This document shows positions 36,884 through 45,528 of a DNA stretch of 64,000 nt, piece after piece. Numbering within the stretch: position 1 is the first letter of the stretch; each line of letters opens with the position of its first letter. Source of the stretch: a virus. The stretch is from IMG/VR virus record IMGVR_UViG_3300025141_000030; one strand, 5' to 3'. The position numbers and the translations under genes are program-made. The notes beneath the pieces were generated by a model. That model saw nothing but the letters and a program-made list of their open reading frames with translations, ran no database searches and was not told where the DNA came from.

Positions 36884-37816
36884 ATGACAAATTGCAGCAA
36901 CGGATTTATGCACATTGGTGTAGAGCTTCTTGATTCCCCAGACATTCCATTTACAACTTTTTGGAATTGGTTTAGGCAGACGTGGATCAGTCTTCATGAT
37001 GAAGAGTACGACCACACTAATCCAGAGCATATTAAGGCATGCCATGATGTCGCCAACAGAAGGGCACTTCCTACTCCTATGGAGGCGACCACCTTTCAGT
37101 TTAAGGTGACCGGCCTGTCGAGGGTAGCTCTTGCACAGATTACCCGGGGTCGTGTTGGATGGGCCTATAACGTTGAGTCACAGATGCCCCAGCACATTCG
37201 GCATTCTGTGACCGTCCCTAGGAACATCTACGAGCATCCTGAGTTTGGTGAGAGGGCAAGGAATTTGACTAGCCAACTGCAGGGACTTTATGATGAGATG
37301 TACGATGCTGGTATTCCGCCACAGGACTGTCGCTACATGACAATGCACGGCCAACAGACTAGCATGGTTTTTCATGTTAACTACGCTGCCCTTTTGGGCT
37401 ATTTTGCTCGTCGATGTGAAAATGGCCTGACTGATGAACTGAATTTAGTCGGCAGGATGATGCGGCATGCCCTGATCACCACTCACCTCAATTCAGATGG
37501 GACAGACAAAATTCCTGGATCTGGCTGGTCATTTTTAATTGGTAAGCTAGAGGCAATGGGAGGTGATAAGGCTTGCCTTAATAACGACCTTGTATTCGGA
37601 AATACGGGCAGGTCCCCCGCAGCGGGTGCCTGGGTTCCTAACTTACTTGATGGAACTTGTGATTATGACTTCTCTAAGTCTGCCTGGTACTACGAGCTCT
37701 GCGAGCTTCCTGAGCATCTCCTCTTCCCCGGCGAGCAGGAGATGATTAACGATTTTAAGTCTGTAGGATTTATTGGTCGACTCCAAAAATTGGACTCGAC
37801 TGCCAACAATGGCTAA
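36884..37816 (+). CDS. Divergent ThyX-fold (flavin-dependent thymidylate synthase-like) protein
   Basis: 'TPME.T.F.F.V.GLSR....QITRGR........ESQ', 'Y..M...GIP.QD.RY', 'VN...L..Y..RR.'; the RHR motif reads RGR. Confidence 0.75.
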   Translation: MTNCSNGFMHIGVELLDSPDIPFTTFWNWFRQTWISLHDEEYDHTNPEHIKACHDVANRRALPTPMEATTFQFKVTGLSRVALAQITRGRVGWAYNVESQMPQHIRHSVTVPRNIYEHPEFGERARNLTSQLQGLYDEMYDAGIPPQDCRYMTMHGQQTSMVFHVNYAALLGYFARRCENGLTDELNLVGRMMRHALITTHLNSDGTDKIPGSGWSFLIGKLEAMGGDKACLNNDLVFGNTGRSPAAGAWVPNLLDGTCDYDFSKSAWYYELCELPEHLLFPGEQEMINDFKSVGFIGRLQKLDSTANNG

Positions 37817-38099
37817 GAAAAAGCCAGCACATAAGAAAGCTGAACCGGAGACACAGTGCGGTGTTACAATTGGACAGGTCGTGTGGTGCACACTTTGTAC
37901 CGGTGCTGTAGGTCATGGTAGGATTGTTACTGTTCACCCCTTGAATAAGGAGGGTCCTGCCATGACCATTTATGACGAAATATCTGGTGCCTATCGTGTT
38001 GGCCTGATTGAGACTATAACTCCCGGCCGGCCGAAGAAGGATCAGATTTTAAAATTTATGACTGGCCTTGAAAAGAAGTGTTGCGAGGCGAAAAAGTAG
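37809..38099 (+). CDS. Hypothetical protein
   Basis: ATG 37809 overlaps the ThyX-like stop; 'GQVVW' beta-rich SH3-like pattern. Confidence 0.5.
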   Translation: MAKKKPAHKKAEPETQCGVTIGQVVWCTLCTGAVGHGRIVTVHPLNKEGPAMTIYDEISGAYRVGLIETITPGRPKKDQILKFMTGLEKKCCEAKK

Positions 38100-38665
38100 A
38101 GAAGATGCGGGAAAAGCAGTGGGTAATAATTTTTGACGGTCCTGACGGCTGCGGCAAAACTAACATTGCCCAGGCTCTTTCGCAGGCCTTAGGCATTCCC
38201 TACTTTAAAAATACTGACGAACACAGGTATTTCAGGAGCGACCCTGACTATTTTATCCACGCAATTCGATACGTGGACACATATTTTACCTCCTATCTTG
38301 AGACTACAAACAGCTCCGTAATATTAGATAGGGCATGGCCGTCGGAGTGGATTTACTCTAAGGCGATGGGTAGGCGGACAGACGAGAATGTCCTGTTGGA
38401 CCTTGATAAAAGGCACGCTAAATTAGGGACAATTATAATCAGTCCCTTTAGGACCGACTATAAAAACGTTGATGAGCAGTACGATGAGGTAAAACGTCGA
38501 CTGCCACAAATTGATAAACTGTACGAGGAGTTTGCCAAGTGGTCCAGGTGTCACGTTCTAAGAATAAACGTTGACAACGAGGACCTCCAGCACCAGCTTC
38601 ACGTAATTTCAGATTTTCTGCAAATTACAGGTAACAGCGCTGATAAATTCTATTATATTAGATAA
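38078..38665 (+). CDS. dNMP (thymidylate-like) kinase
   Basis: P-loop 'FDGPDGCGKT', 'ILDRAWPSEWIY'; start may be ATG 38105. Confidence 0.8.
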   Translation: MLRGEKVEKMREKQWVIIFDGPDGCGKTNIAQALSQALGIPYFKNTDEHRYFRSDPDYFIHAIRYVDTYFTSYLETTNSSVILDRAWPSEWIYSKAMGRRTDENVLLDLDKRHAKLGTIIISPFRTDYKNVDEQYDEVKRRLPQIDKLYEEFAKWSRCHVLRINVDNEDLQHQLHVISDFLQITGNSADKFYYIR

Positions 38666-38718
38666 GTGAGGTCAAGTGAGGCCATGCAATGTCATTTAAT
38701 GACATCTGGTATAATTAT
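38664..38718 (+). promoter_or_regulatory. Promoter/operator upstream of the HTH gene
   Basis: Direct repeat AAGTGAGG at 38664 and 38674 (10-bp period); perfect palindrome ATGTCATT-T-AATGACAT 38689-38705; TG-G-TATAAT 38707-38715 overlapping ATAATTAT. Confidence 0.6.
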
Positions 38719-38723
38719 AGCGT

Positions 38724-39029
38724 ATGAGGCTAAGACAGTTCGCCGATGAATTAGGCATTTCATATTCGACTGCCCTTCGAATGTTTAGGAGGGATGAAAT
38801 TCCTGGTGCGTACAAGCTTCCTAGTGGCACAATTGTAATTCCTGAGGGCGCCATAGTGGCTCTAGGGCAACCCGATTTAGTTTCCGATGGAAACCTTATA
38901 GGTGCCATGGAGATCATTGAGGAGGCCTCTAGGGATGTCTTAGGGACTGAGGATGCCACTGATTTAATGCAGTTAATTCAGCGGGTTCTTGTGGAGTATA
39001 CTGGTGGGATAACTTATGACAGCGATTAG
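38724..39029 (+). CDS. MerR/excisionase-like winged-HTH protein (IS607 TnpA N-terminal-like, no recombinase domain)
   Basis: 'MRLRQFADELGISYSTALRMFRRDEIPGAYKLPSGTIVIP' matches the IS607 TnpA DNA-binding domain pattern; no YxRVS catalytic motif follows. Confidence 0.7.
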   Translation: MRLRQFADELGISYSTALRMFRRDEIPGAYKLPSGTIVIPEGAIVALGQPDLVSDGNLIGAMEIIEEASRDVLGTEDATDLMQLIQRVLVEYTGGITYDSD

Positions 39030-42000
39030 AGTCATAGAGGCCTCAGGGTCCAATGGTGCAATTCAGTTCGTTTCTGGCTCCGGTAATTTTGACGGAGATG
39101 CCCGCCTTGTATTTGACAGCACATCTGGCCTGCTGAAACTAACTGGGTCCCTTGAGTCCACACTTGGACTGAGCGGCTCCCTTACACAGCTCACCGACGG
39201 CACATCCTATCTCGTTGCTGGTGATAATATCACCATTGTGTCATCCTCTAACGGTGGAGTGACGCTTCACGCCGCCTCAAGCGGCGGCGGCGGGGCTGGA
39301 GATCCAAACGCATCTTTCGTGGTGATGTCCCTAACAGGATCACTTAATGCCGACAGGCAGCTGACAGCCGGCACTGGGTTAAACCTCAACGATGGGGGAG
39401 CCAAGGGTAACGTTACCTTTAGCGTAGATGACTCCACGGTTGCCACCATATCAGGCTCAACGTTTACGGGCGCCGTTGATTTTAATGCTGGCTTGAGCGG
39501 TTCACTTACACGACTTATTGGGGGTACCTCCTACCTGGTTGCCGGCAGTAACATCACCATCACCTCAGCATCCAATGGACAGGTCACCATCACGGGTCAA
39601 TCTGGTGACATAACAGACGTGACAGCCGGGACAGGCCTGACCGGTGGAGGATCATCAGGTGATGTCACCCTGGCTGCCGACGACTCCGTCGTCGCCACCC
39701 TGACAGGATCACAGTTCACCGGCCAGGTCGGCTTCCAGTCCAATGTGAGTACCAGCGGTTCTTTTATCGCCTCAGGTGACTCCACATTCTCAGGTCCGGT
39801 TTATCTGTCAGGCTCAGTTTCGGATTTCACTGCAACTGGTTCTGCCAAGTTCAATGCAGGTTTAAGCGGCTCCCTTACAAAGTTAGTGTCAGGACTGTCC
39901 TACCTGGTCGCTGGCTCGAACGTAACTATCACGTCGGCCTCCAACGGTCAGGTGACCATCGCCGGCACCGCCGGGGACATTACGTCAGTTACCGCAGGCA
40001 CAGGATTAACGGGTGGAGGATCGTCCGGGGATGTCACCCTAGGTGTTGATAATTCAGTTGTGGCCACCCTGACAGGATCCACTTTTACTGGGCCAGTGCA
40101 CCTATCAGGTTCAGTTTCTGATTTCGTTGCAACAGGTACTGTTCAGTTTAATGCGGGTCTTCGTGTTCCTGATAGTGCGGGTGATAATTTTTACACAGTC
40201 GCCGGCACATCATACAACATCGGATCAGATGTTACTGTTACTTTCCCCAACTTAACTGGTGATGATGAGCTCGTTACCCGAACTGCCACACAGGTCCTAA
40301 CCAATAAGACCCTGACCGCGCCTACTATTAATAATGCCCTCAACATAACAGCAGACGCAATTACAGGTTCGTATCTTCGAACGCTGGGTGACCTGAAGGT
40401 CGACGGTGATATGACGGTCTTTGGGACAGCATCGTTCGTTGACACTGAGCACATTCGTGTGGCTGATTCCTTAATCTTACTCAATTCTGGTGCAGTCGGT
40501 GCCAGGAGCGTCTCGGCCATTGCCTTCGCCTCCGGCTCAGCCACTGCCGACCAGGCATTCATCTTCGGTCCGGATGGTACTTCCACAGGTCCCCAACCAA
40601 CCTTCGCCTTCGCAAGGGTCGACGTTAAGGATGGTGCTCTCAACCCGGTCCTGGCATCCTTCAGCAACCTGGTCGATATTAAGGCAGCCGGCCTCAGCGG
40701 TTCCCTGACACGATTGTCAGACAACACATCCTACTTGGTCGCGGGAGACAACATAACAGTCACCTCGGCCTCCAATGGCCAGGTGACCATCGCAGGGACG
40801 GCTGGTGATATAACGGGAGTGGCGGCAGGTACTGGCTTAACAGGTGGGGGTACCTCCGGTGACGTCACACTGGCTGCCGACGACTCCGTCGTCGCCACCC
40901 TGACAGGATCACAGTTCACCGGCCAGGTCGGCTTCCAGTCTAACTTAAGTGTAACAGGTTCCGCACATTTTGCCGCCGGCTTGAGTGGCTCGTTAACACG
41001 GCTTATTGGTGGTGCCTCATACTTGGCCGCCGGCAGTAATGTCACTATCACATCAGCCTCTAACGGACAGGTGACCATCGCAGGAACGGCTGGTGACATT
41101 ACAGCTGTCACCGCTGGTACAGGCCTGTCCGGGGGCGGGACATCAGGTGACGTCGCTCTTGCGATAAGGGACTCCATAGTTGCTACCATATCAGGTTCCC
41201 AGTTCACCGGCCAGGTCGGGTTTCAGTCAAACCTCAGTGCATCTGGATCCTTAATAGCATCAGGAGACACGACGATTAACGGCCCAATATACCTGTCAGG
41301 CTCTGTCTCAGACTTTACTGCCACGGGTTCAGCTAGGTTCAATGCCGGACTAAGTGGCTCTTTGACACGATTGGTGGGTGGTGCTTCTTATATTGCCGCG
41401 GGTGACAACATAACGGTCACCTCAGCCTCTAATGGGCAAGTCATCATCTCTGGTCTTGCGGGTGATATTACATCGGTAACTGCTGGGACTGGACTGACAG
41501 GGGGCGGTGCCTCAGGCGATGTCACCCTTGCCGTTGATGACTCTGCAGTTGCCACCCTGACAGGATCACAGTTCACCGGCCAGGTTGGCTTCCAGTCCAA
41601 TCTTAGTGCATCTGGATCCTTAATCGCCTCGGGTGATACGACATTTAGCGGTCCAGTTTATCTGTCTGGATCAGTTTCGGACTTCACCGCTACTGGATCT
41701 GCTTCATTTAATGCTGGATTAAGCGGTTCACTCACACGACTCACTAGTGGTACCTCTTACTTGGCTGCTGGTTCTAATGTAACGATTACTTCTGCATCTA
41801 ACGGCCAGGTAACGATTGCCTCCTCCGGCGGAGGTGGAAGTATTTCGATATCGTCTGGCTCAACGACAGTGGGAACTGTTAGTAGTATAGACCTTTCACA
41901 GATGGGACTAGTTCAGAACCTAGGTGGGGGAAATGTTGCCGTTACCGGAGCAATAGGAAGCGCCGAGGACGGAACTTATACAGACGGCCTTTTTACTGAT

Positions 42001-45000
42001 TTTACTACGTCGACGCCTATAGGCACGGCTATTGATAAGTTTAATGAGGTCCTTAAGGCACTGTCACCGACGCCTGCTCCCGATTTAGATAATATTAACT
42101 CGACCGAAACTGGTGTGACTGCCAGCCTTTCGTTTGGCGCATCTTCCGCTGTGGGTGGGTATACATCTGTAGGCTCATCAGCAGGTGTGGAATCAGCCGT
42201 AGACATTAATGGAATGTACGCAGTTGTTACGGCAAGTAATAATATTCGTGCCGCAGTTTTTGCCAAGGACACTGCCATAACAGGCACATTAAATTCAGAT
42301 ATTGCTGCCAATAATTACACTAACGGTAACACTAATTACGCTACATCATCCTTTGGAAATGCTGAAATAGGCGTTTTACGATTGGATGTAAATGGAACAG
42401 TTCAAAAGGAGATTGATCTAACCGTTGGGTCAATAGGTGAGGGCGTTCCAGGATCTGGAATTGGTAGGTATGTCAATAGCAATGGTTCAGGTTTCATTGA
42501 TTTCTCTCAGTCTGGATCTGCGGTATTTGAGAATGGAAATACGCTGGTGGCGTTTAAGCACAGGACGGGCAAGTTTGTTGTCGATGATGATGATCAGCGA
42601 AATGGTTGGAACTATGTAAAGGTCCTACATGTTATGACGGGGAATACTATCACCACCAACTACGTGGAGTGGGTTAATGATTCCAACAGCGATGCTCTCG
42701 CTGCTTCCAATCAAAGGTGGGATGGCTTCGATCTAGAGAGGGGACTCTTTGTATCAGGAATTGAGTTTTATGTTAGTGGAAATGCTGACTATAAGGTCGA
42801 TGTCTCCAATGTGTATAAAAACGTCTATCAGTTTGATGCGAGTGCCTCTTACACGACTACTAATTGTACCATTGGTTCCAGCGCTATTCCAATAATTGAT
42901 TATGGGGCTGGCGAAAATAACACCAAGGTGCTGATGCTGACAGGATCGGCATCTATTTCTACGACATCCCTCTTTAATCAGGGGCTGACTTCGTCTGTAT
43001 CCGTGCCACATCCCTTGAAGGCTAACCTCACCAACGGAGGCCAGGCTGACACCGGGGGGATCCTGCTCTACTCCGCGTCCAACACATCCACCGATCAGTC
43101 CGAGACATTTACGCGCGAAAATTACAGGCTTGTCTCAGCATCATACGGCGCCCAGGCTGATGTAACTAACGTTGGTTCTGTGTGGGATTCCACTATACAC
43201 CTTTCAGGCGCCGCTGACCAGACTGACGGCCTTATTTTCTTCTATGGTGATTTGAAATCTCCTCTTAATAATACACTTTCTGGAGATTTTAGGTCTACAT
43301 CGGATGGTGGCAGCATCACTTACGCGCCGACATCAAACCCAAATTATAGCACTCTTACTGGGATAAGGACATTTTATAGGGCATTTAAAAATGAGACCGG
43401 AGGCGCTGTTCGTGATCTTTCCCTAGATATCGACGGCACAGGCACCATAACACAGCAATACGGATCTCTCGGCACTTCCGGACTAAGTGTGCTTATGAAG
43501 TTTCCGGATAATGGCACTTATGAGACTGGCTGGCTCGACGTCTCCCAGGCTTTTGCATTAGAGAGCTATTCTGACGGCGACGGATGCCTTGAGGGGTCGT
43601 TGGACAGCAGTCTAGACGCGACTAACATTGTGACATTCGGATCCCAGTCACTTGCCAATAATGAGTATGTCGTCTTAAAGATTGAAGCTAGTGCATCGTG
43701 GACTGGGAATGCTGATCAAATATCTGTCTCGTTTGGAGCTGGCACTGGTGCTGCGCCCTCTTCGGCCCCTGATCTCGATGACATTGACTCCAATAATACC
43801 GGAACCGCCTGTAAGCTTTCGTTTGGAACTTCGAAGGGTATTACGGGATACACAGACGTTGAGGCATCAGCAGGAATGGGAAGTGCTGTTAACGTAAACG
43901 GTGATTATACAGTCACTAATTCTGGTAATAATCTTAGGAGAGCGGCATTTGGCGGAGACTCGGCGATAGTTGATATAACTGGAGACTTAAATGAGGATGT
44001 AGGCTCAAGCACTCCAAGCTATTCTGCTAACGCTTTTGGCGACGCGCTCAATGGAACTCTTCGACTGGAAGTTAACGGGTCTGTTGTCCACACCACCACG
44101 TTGACATCTAGTTTTGGTTCTGGAGTGCCTGGTTCTGGAGGAGCCTCGGACTTAAATGCTAATGGCTCTGGATTTACTAACATTAGCGTTCCTACTGCAG
44201 GTGAGTACAGCGGAAATAGTGTCTCTGACTACACTAAGATATACCGCACAGGTCGATTTAAGGTGGATACAAATGACCAGAGGCAGGGATGGAACTATGT
44301 TCGTGTCCAACATGTTGCTCCTGGTGGTACCACTATTACGAACTATGCGGAGTGGGTTAACGATTCAAACACAAGTGCCCTGGCATCGTCTAATGAGATT
44401 TTGCATAACTTCTCGGGATCCAGTTTCTATTACCAGTCTGGTGTGAAATATTTTCAGACGTGCTCTTCTAGTTACATTGCACAGGTTGCGAATGTTTATA
44501 AGAATGTCTTCTCTAGGTCATCGACAGCTATCACTACGTCTACCAGCAACTTGACAGTTAATAGCATCTACGTGAGCGGCTCAGGTGTGGATGCAGGCAG
44601 CGTCAGTTCATCCTCTCGAGCGCTGCCTGATCTTCGCACATCTGCAGATTCCCAGGATGCTGACATATTCGTTACAGCATCGGTTACTTTTAGTCGGTCG
44701 TCGGCAGTCCCGGGCACGTATGGAACATCTAATTACACCGCTTCGGCCCAGTTGACTGCGAAACATCCGCTTAAGTCTAACGTGACATCGACTCAGAAGT
44801 CGACTAATAATTTCCTGGTTCATTCTGCCTCACTCACTTCTAACCTGTATACAAATGAATATTTTACGCGGGAGGATTATAGGATCCAGTCAGGCACTTA
44901 CCTGACCCAGGGCTCGATCGGATCAGGAGGCTGGGTGTCTTCCACTTCAATAGATGACGCAGGATCTCCCACATACCAGACCGGCCTATTGACATATAAT

Positions 45001-45519
45001 GGTTACTTGATTCCCCCTGATGAGGGCGGCTCCTCCGGTGACTTTAGAAATTTGGACGAGGGAGGCAGCCTCCAGTCACCTGTAGGTAACGTAAATTACA
45101 GCTCAGTGACTGTTAGCGTTCGGGATTATTATAGGATCTTTGAAAATAACACCACCAATGATGTGGGAAGTATTACTGTTACCTTGTACGGCGATGCTAC
45201 TATTGTGGGCCGACTTGGCACGAATGCTGGCACGCTCGGCGCTAATAAAAATGTTTATGTGGATGTTAAGATTCCTGGCGATTGTGGATTCCTCGACCTG
45301 GGACGCCCCACGGCCGGTTCAGGTAATGTATCGGATGGTGATGGGTGCTTGGTGGGTTCGCTAGATGGCACTGTCGTATCCGACGGAACGTCCAATACAG
45401 CATCATTTAATGGTGTCGCCCTCGCTGGAACGATATCAGGCGCTGAGCAGATGGTAATAAGAGTTAGCACTCATAAAAACTGGACGGGATACTTAACACG
45501 TATCACGATTGCGTATTAG
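39016..45519 (+). CDS. Giant Gly/Ser/Thr-rich tail-fibre or virion-appendage protein
   Basis: 2167 aa; N-terminal half of repeated 'GLSGSLT.L...SYL.AG.N.TI.S.SNG' and 'GDIT.V.AGTGL.GGG.SGDVTL' modules; C-terminal half is two ~560-aa homologous domains. Confidence 0.65.
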   Translation: MTAIRVIEASGSNGAIQFVSGSGNFDGDARLVFDSTSGLLKLTGSLESTLGLSGSLTQLTDGTSYLVAGDNITIVSSSNGGVTLHAASSGGGGAGDPNASFVVMSLTGSLNADRQLTAGTGLNLNDGGAKGNVTFSVDDSTVATISGSTFTGAVDFNAGLSGSLTRLIGGTSYLVAGSNITITSASNGQVTITGQSGDITDVTAGTGLTGGGSSGDVTLAADDSVVATLTGSQFTGQVGFQSNVSTSGSFIASGDSTFSGPVYLSGSVSDFTATGSAKFNAGLSGSLTKLVSGLSYLVAGSNVTITSASNGQVTIAGTAGDITSVTAGTGLTGGGSSGDVTLGVDNSVVATLTGSTFTGPVHLSGSVSDFVATGTVQFNAGLRVPDSAGDNFYTVAGTSYNIGSDVTVTFPNLTGDDELVTRTATQVLTNKTLTAPTINNALNITADAITGSYLRTLGDLKVDGDMTVFGTASFVDTEHIRVADSLILLNSGAVGARSVSAIAFASGSATADQAFIFGPDGTSTGPQPTFAFARVDVKDGALNPVLASFSNLVDIKAAGLSGSLTRLSDNTSYLVAGDNITVTSASNGQVTIAGTAGDITGVAAGTGLTGGGTSGDVTLAADDSVVATLTGSQFTGQVGFQSNLSVTGSAHFAAGLSGSLTRLIGGASYLAAGSNVTITSASNGQVTIAGTAGDITAVTAGTGLSGGGTSGDVALAIRDSIVATISGSQFTGQVGFQSNLSASGSLIASGDTTINGPIYLSGSVSDFTATGSARFNAGLSGSLTRLVGGASYIAAGDNITVTSASNGQVIISGLAGDITSVTAGTGLTGGGASGDVTLAVDDSAVATLTGSQFTGQVGFQSNLSASGSLIASGDTTFSGPVYLSGSVSDFTATGSASFNAGLSGSLTRLTSGTSYLAAGSNVTITSASNGQVTIASSGGGGSISISSGSTTVGTVSSIDLSQMGLVQNLGGGNVAVTGAIGSAEDGTYTDGLFTDFTTSTPIGTAIDKFNEVLKALSPTPAPDLDNINSTETGVTASLSFGASSAVGGYTSVGSSAGVESAVDINGMYAVVTASNNIRAAVFAKDTAITGTLNSDIAANNYTNGNTNYATSSFGNAEIGVLRLDVNGTVQKEIDLTVGSIGEGVPGSGIGRYVNSNGSGFIDFSQSGSAVFENGNTLVAFKHRTGKFVVDDDDQRNGWNYVKVLHVMTGNTITTNYVEWVNDSNSDALAASNQRWDGFDLERGLFVSGIEFYVSGNADYKVDVSNVYKNVYQFDASASYTTTNCTIGSSAIPIIDYGAGENNTKVLMLTGSASISTTSLFNQGLTSSVSVPHPLKANLTNGGQADTGGILLYSASNTSTDQSETFTRENYRLVSASYGAQADVTNVGSVWDSTIHLSGAADQTDGLIFFYGDLKSPLNNTLSGDFRSTSDGGSITYAPTSNPNYSTLTGIRTFYRAFKNETGGAVRDLSLDIDGTGTITQQYGSLGTSGLSVLMKFPDNGTYETGWLDVSQAFALESYSDGDGCLEGSLDSSLDATNIVTFGSQSLANNEYVVLKIEASASWTGNADQISVSFGAGTGAAPSSAPDLDDIDSNNTGTACKLSFGTSKGITGYTDVEASAGMGSAVNVNGDYTVTNSGNNLRRAAFGGDSAIVDITGDLNEDVGSSTPSYSANAFGDALNGTLRLEVNGSVVHTTTLTSSFGSGVPGSGGASDLNANGSGFTNISVPTAGEYSGNSVSDYTKIYRTGRFKVDTNDQRQGWNYVRVQHVAPGGTTITNYAEWVNDSNTSALASSNEILHNFSGSSFYYQSGVKYFQTCSSSYIAQVANVYKNVFSRSSTAITTSTSNLTVNSIYVSGSGVDAGSVSSSSRALPDLRTSADSQDADIFVTASVTFSRSSAVPGTYGTSNYTASAQLTAKHPLKSNVTSTQKSTNNFLVHSASLTSNLYTNEYFTREDYRIQSGTYLTQGSIGSGGWVSSTSIDDAGSPTYQTGLLTYNGYLIPPDEGGSSGDFRNLDEGGSLQSPVGNVNYSSVTVSVRDYYRIFENNTTNDVGSITVTLYGDATIVGRLGTNAGTLGANKNVYVDVKIPGDCGFLDLGRPTAGSGNVSDGDGCLVGSLDGTVVSDGTSNTASFNGVALAGTISGAEQMVIRVSTHKNWTGYLTRITIAY
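39670..40940 (+). repeat. 71-bp exact direct repeat (39670-39740 = 40870-40940) within degenerate fibre repeats
   Basis: ctggctgccgacgactccgtcgtcgccaccctgacaggatcacagttcaccggccaggtcggcttccagtc occurs twice, 1200 bp apart; close variants near 41551 and 46522. Confidence 0.9.
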
Positions 45520-45528
45520 GTGAATTAG

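Noticed and set aside
38724-39029. IS607 insertion sequence
   Set aside because: Only the HTH is present; no serine-recombinase catalytic motif, no tnpB and no recognisable second end.
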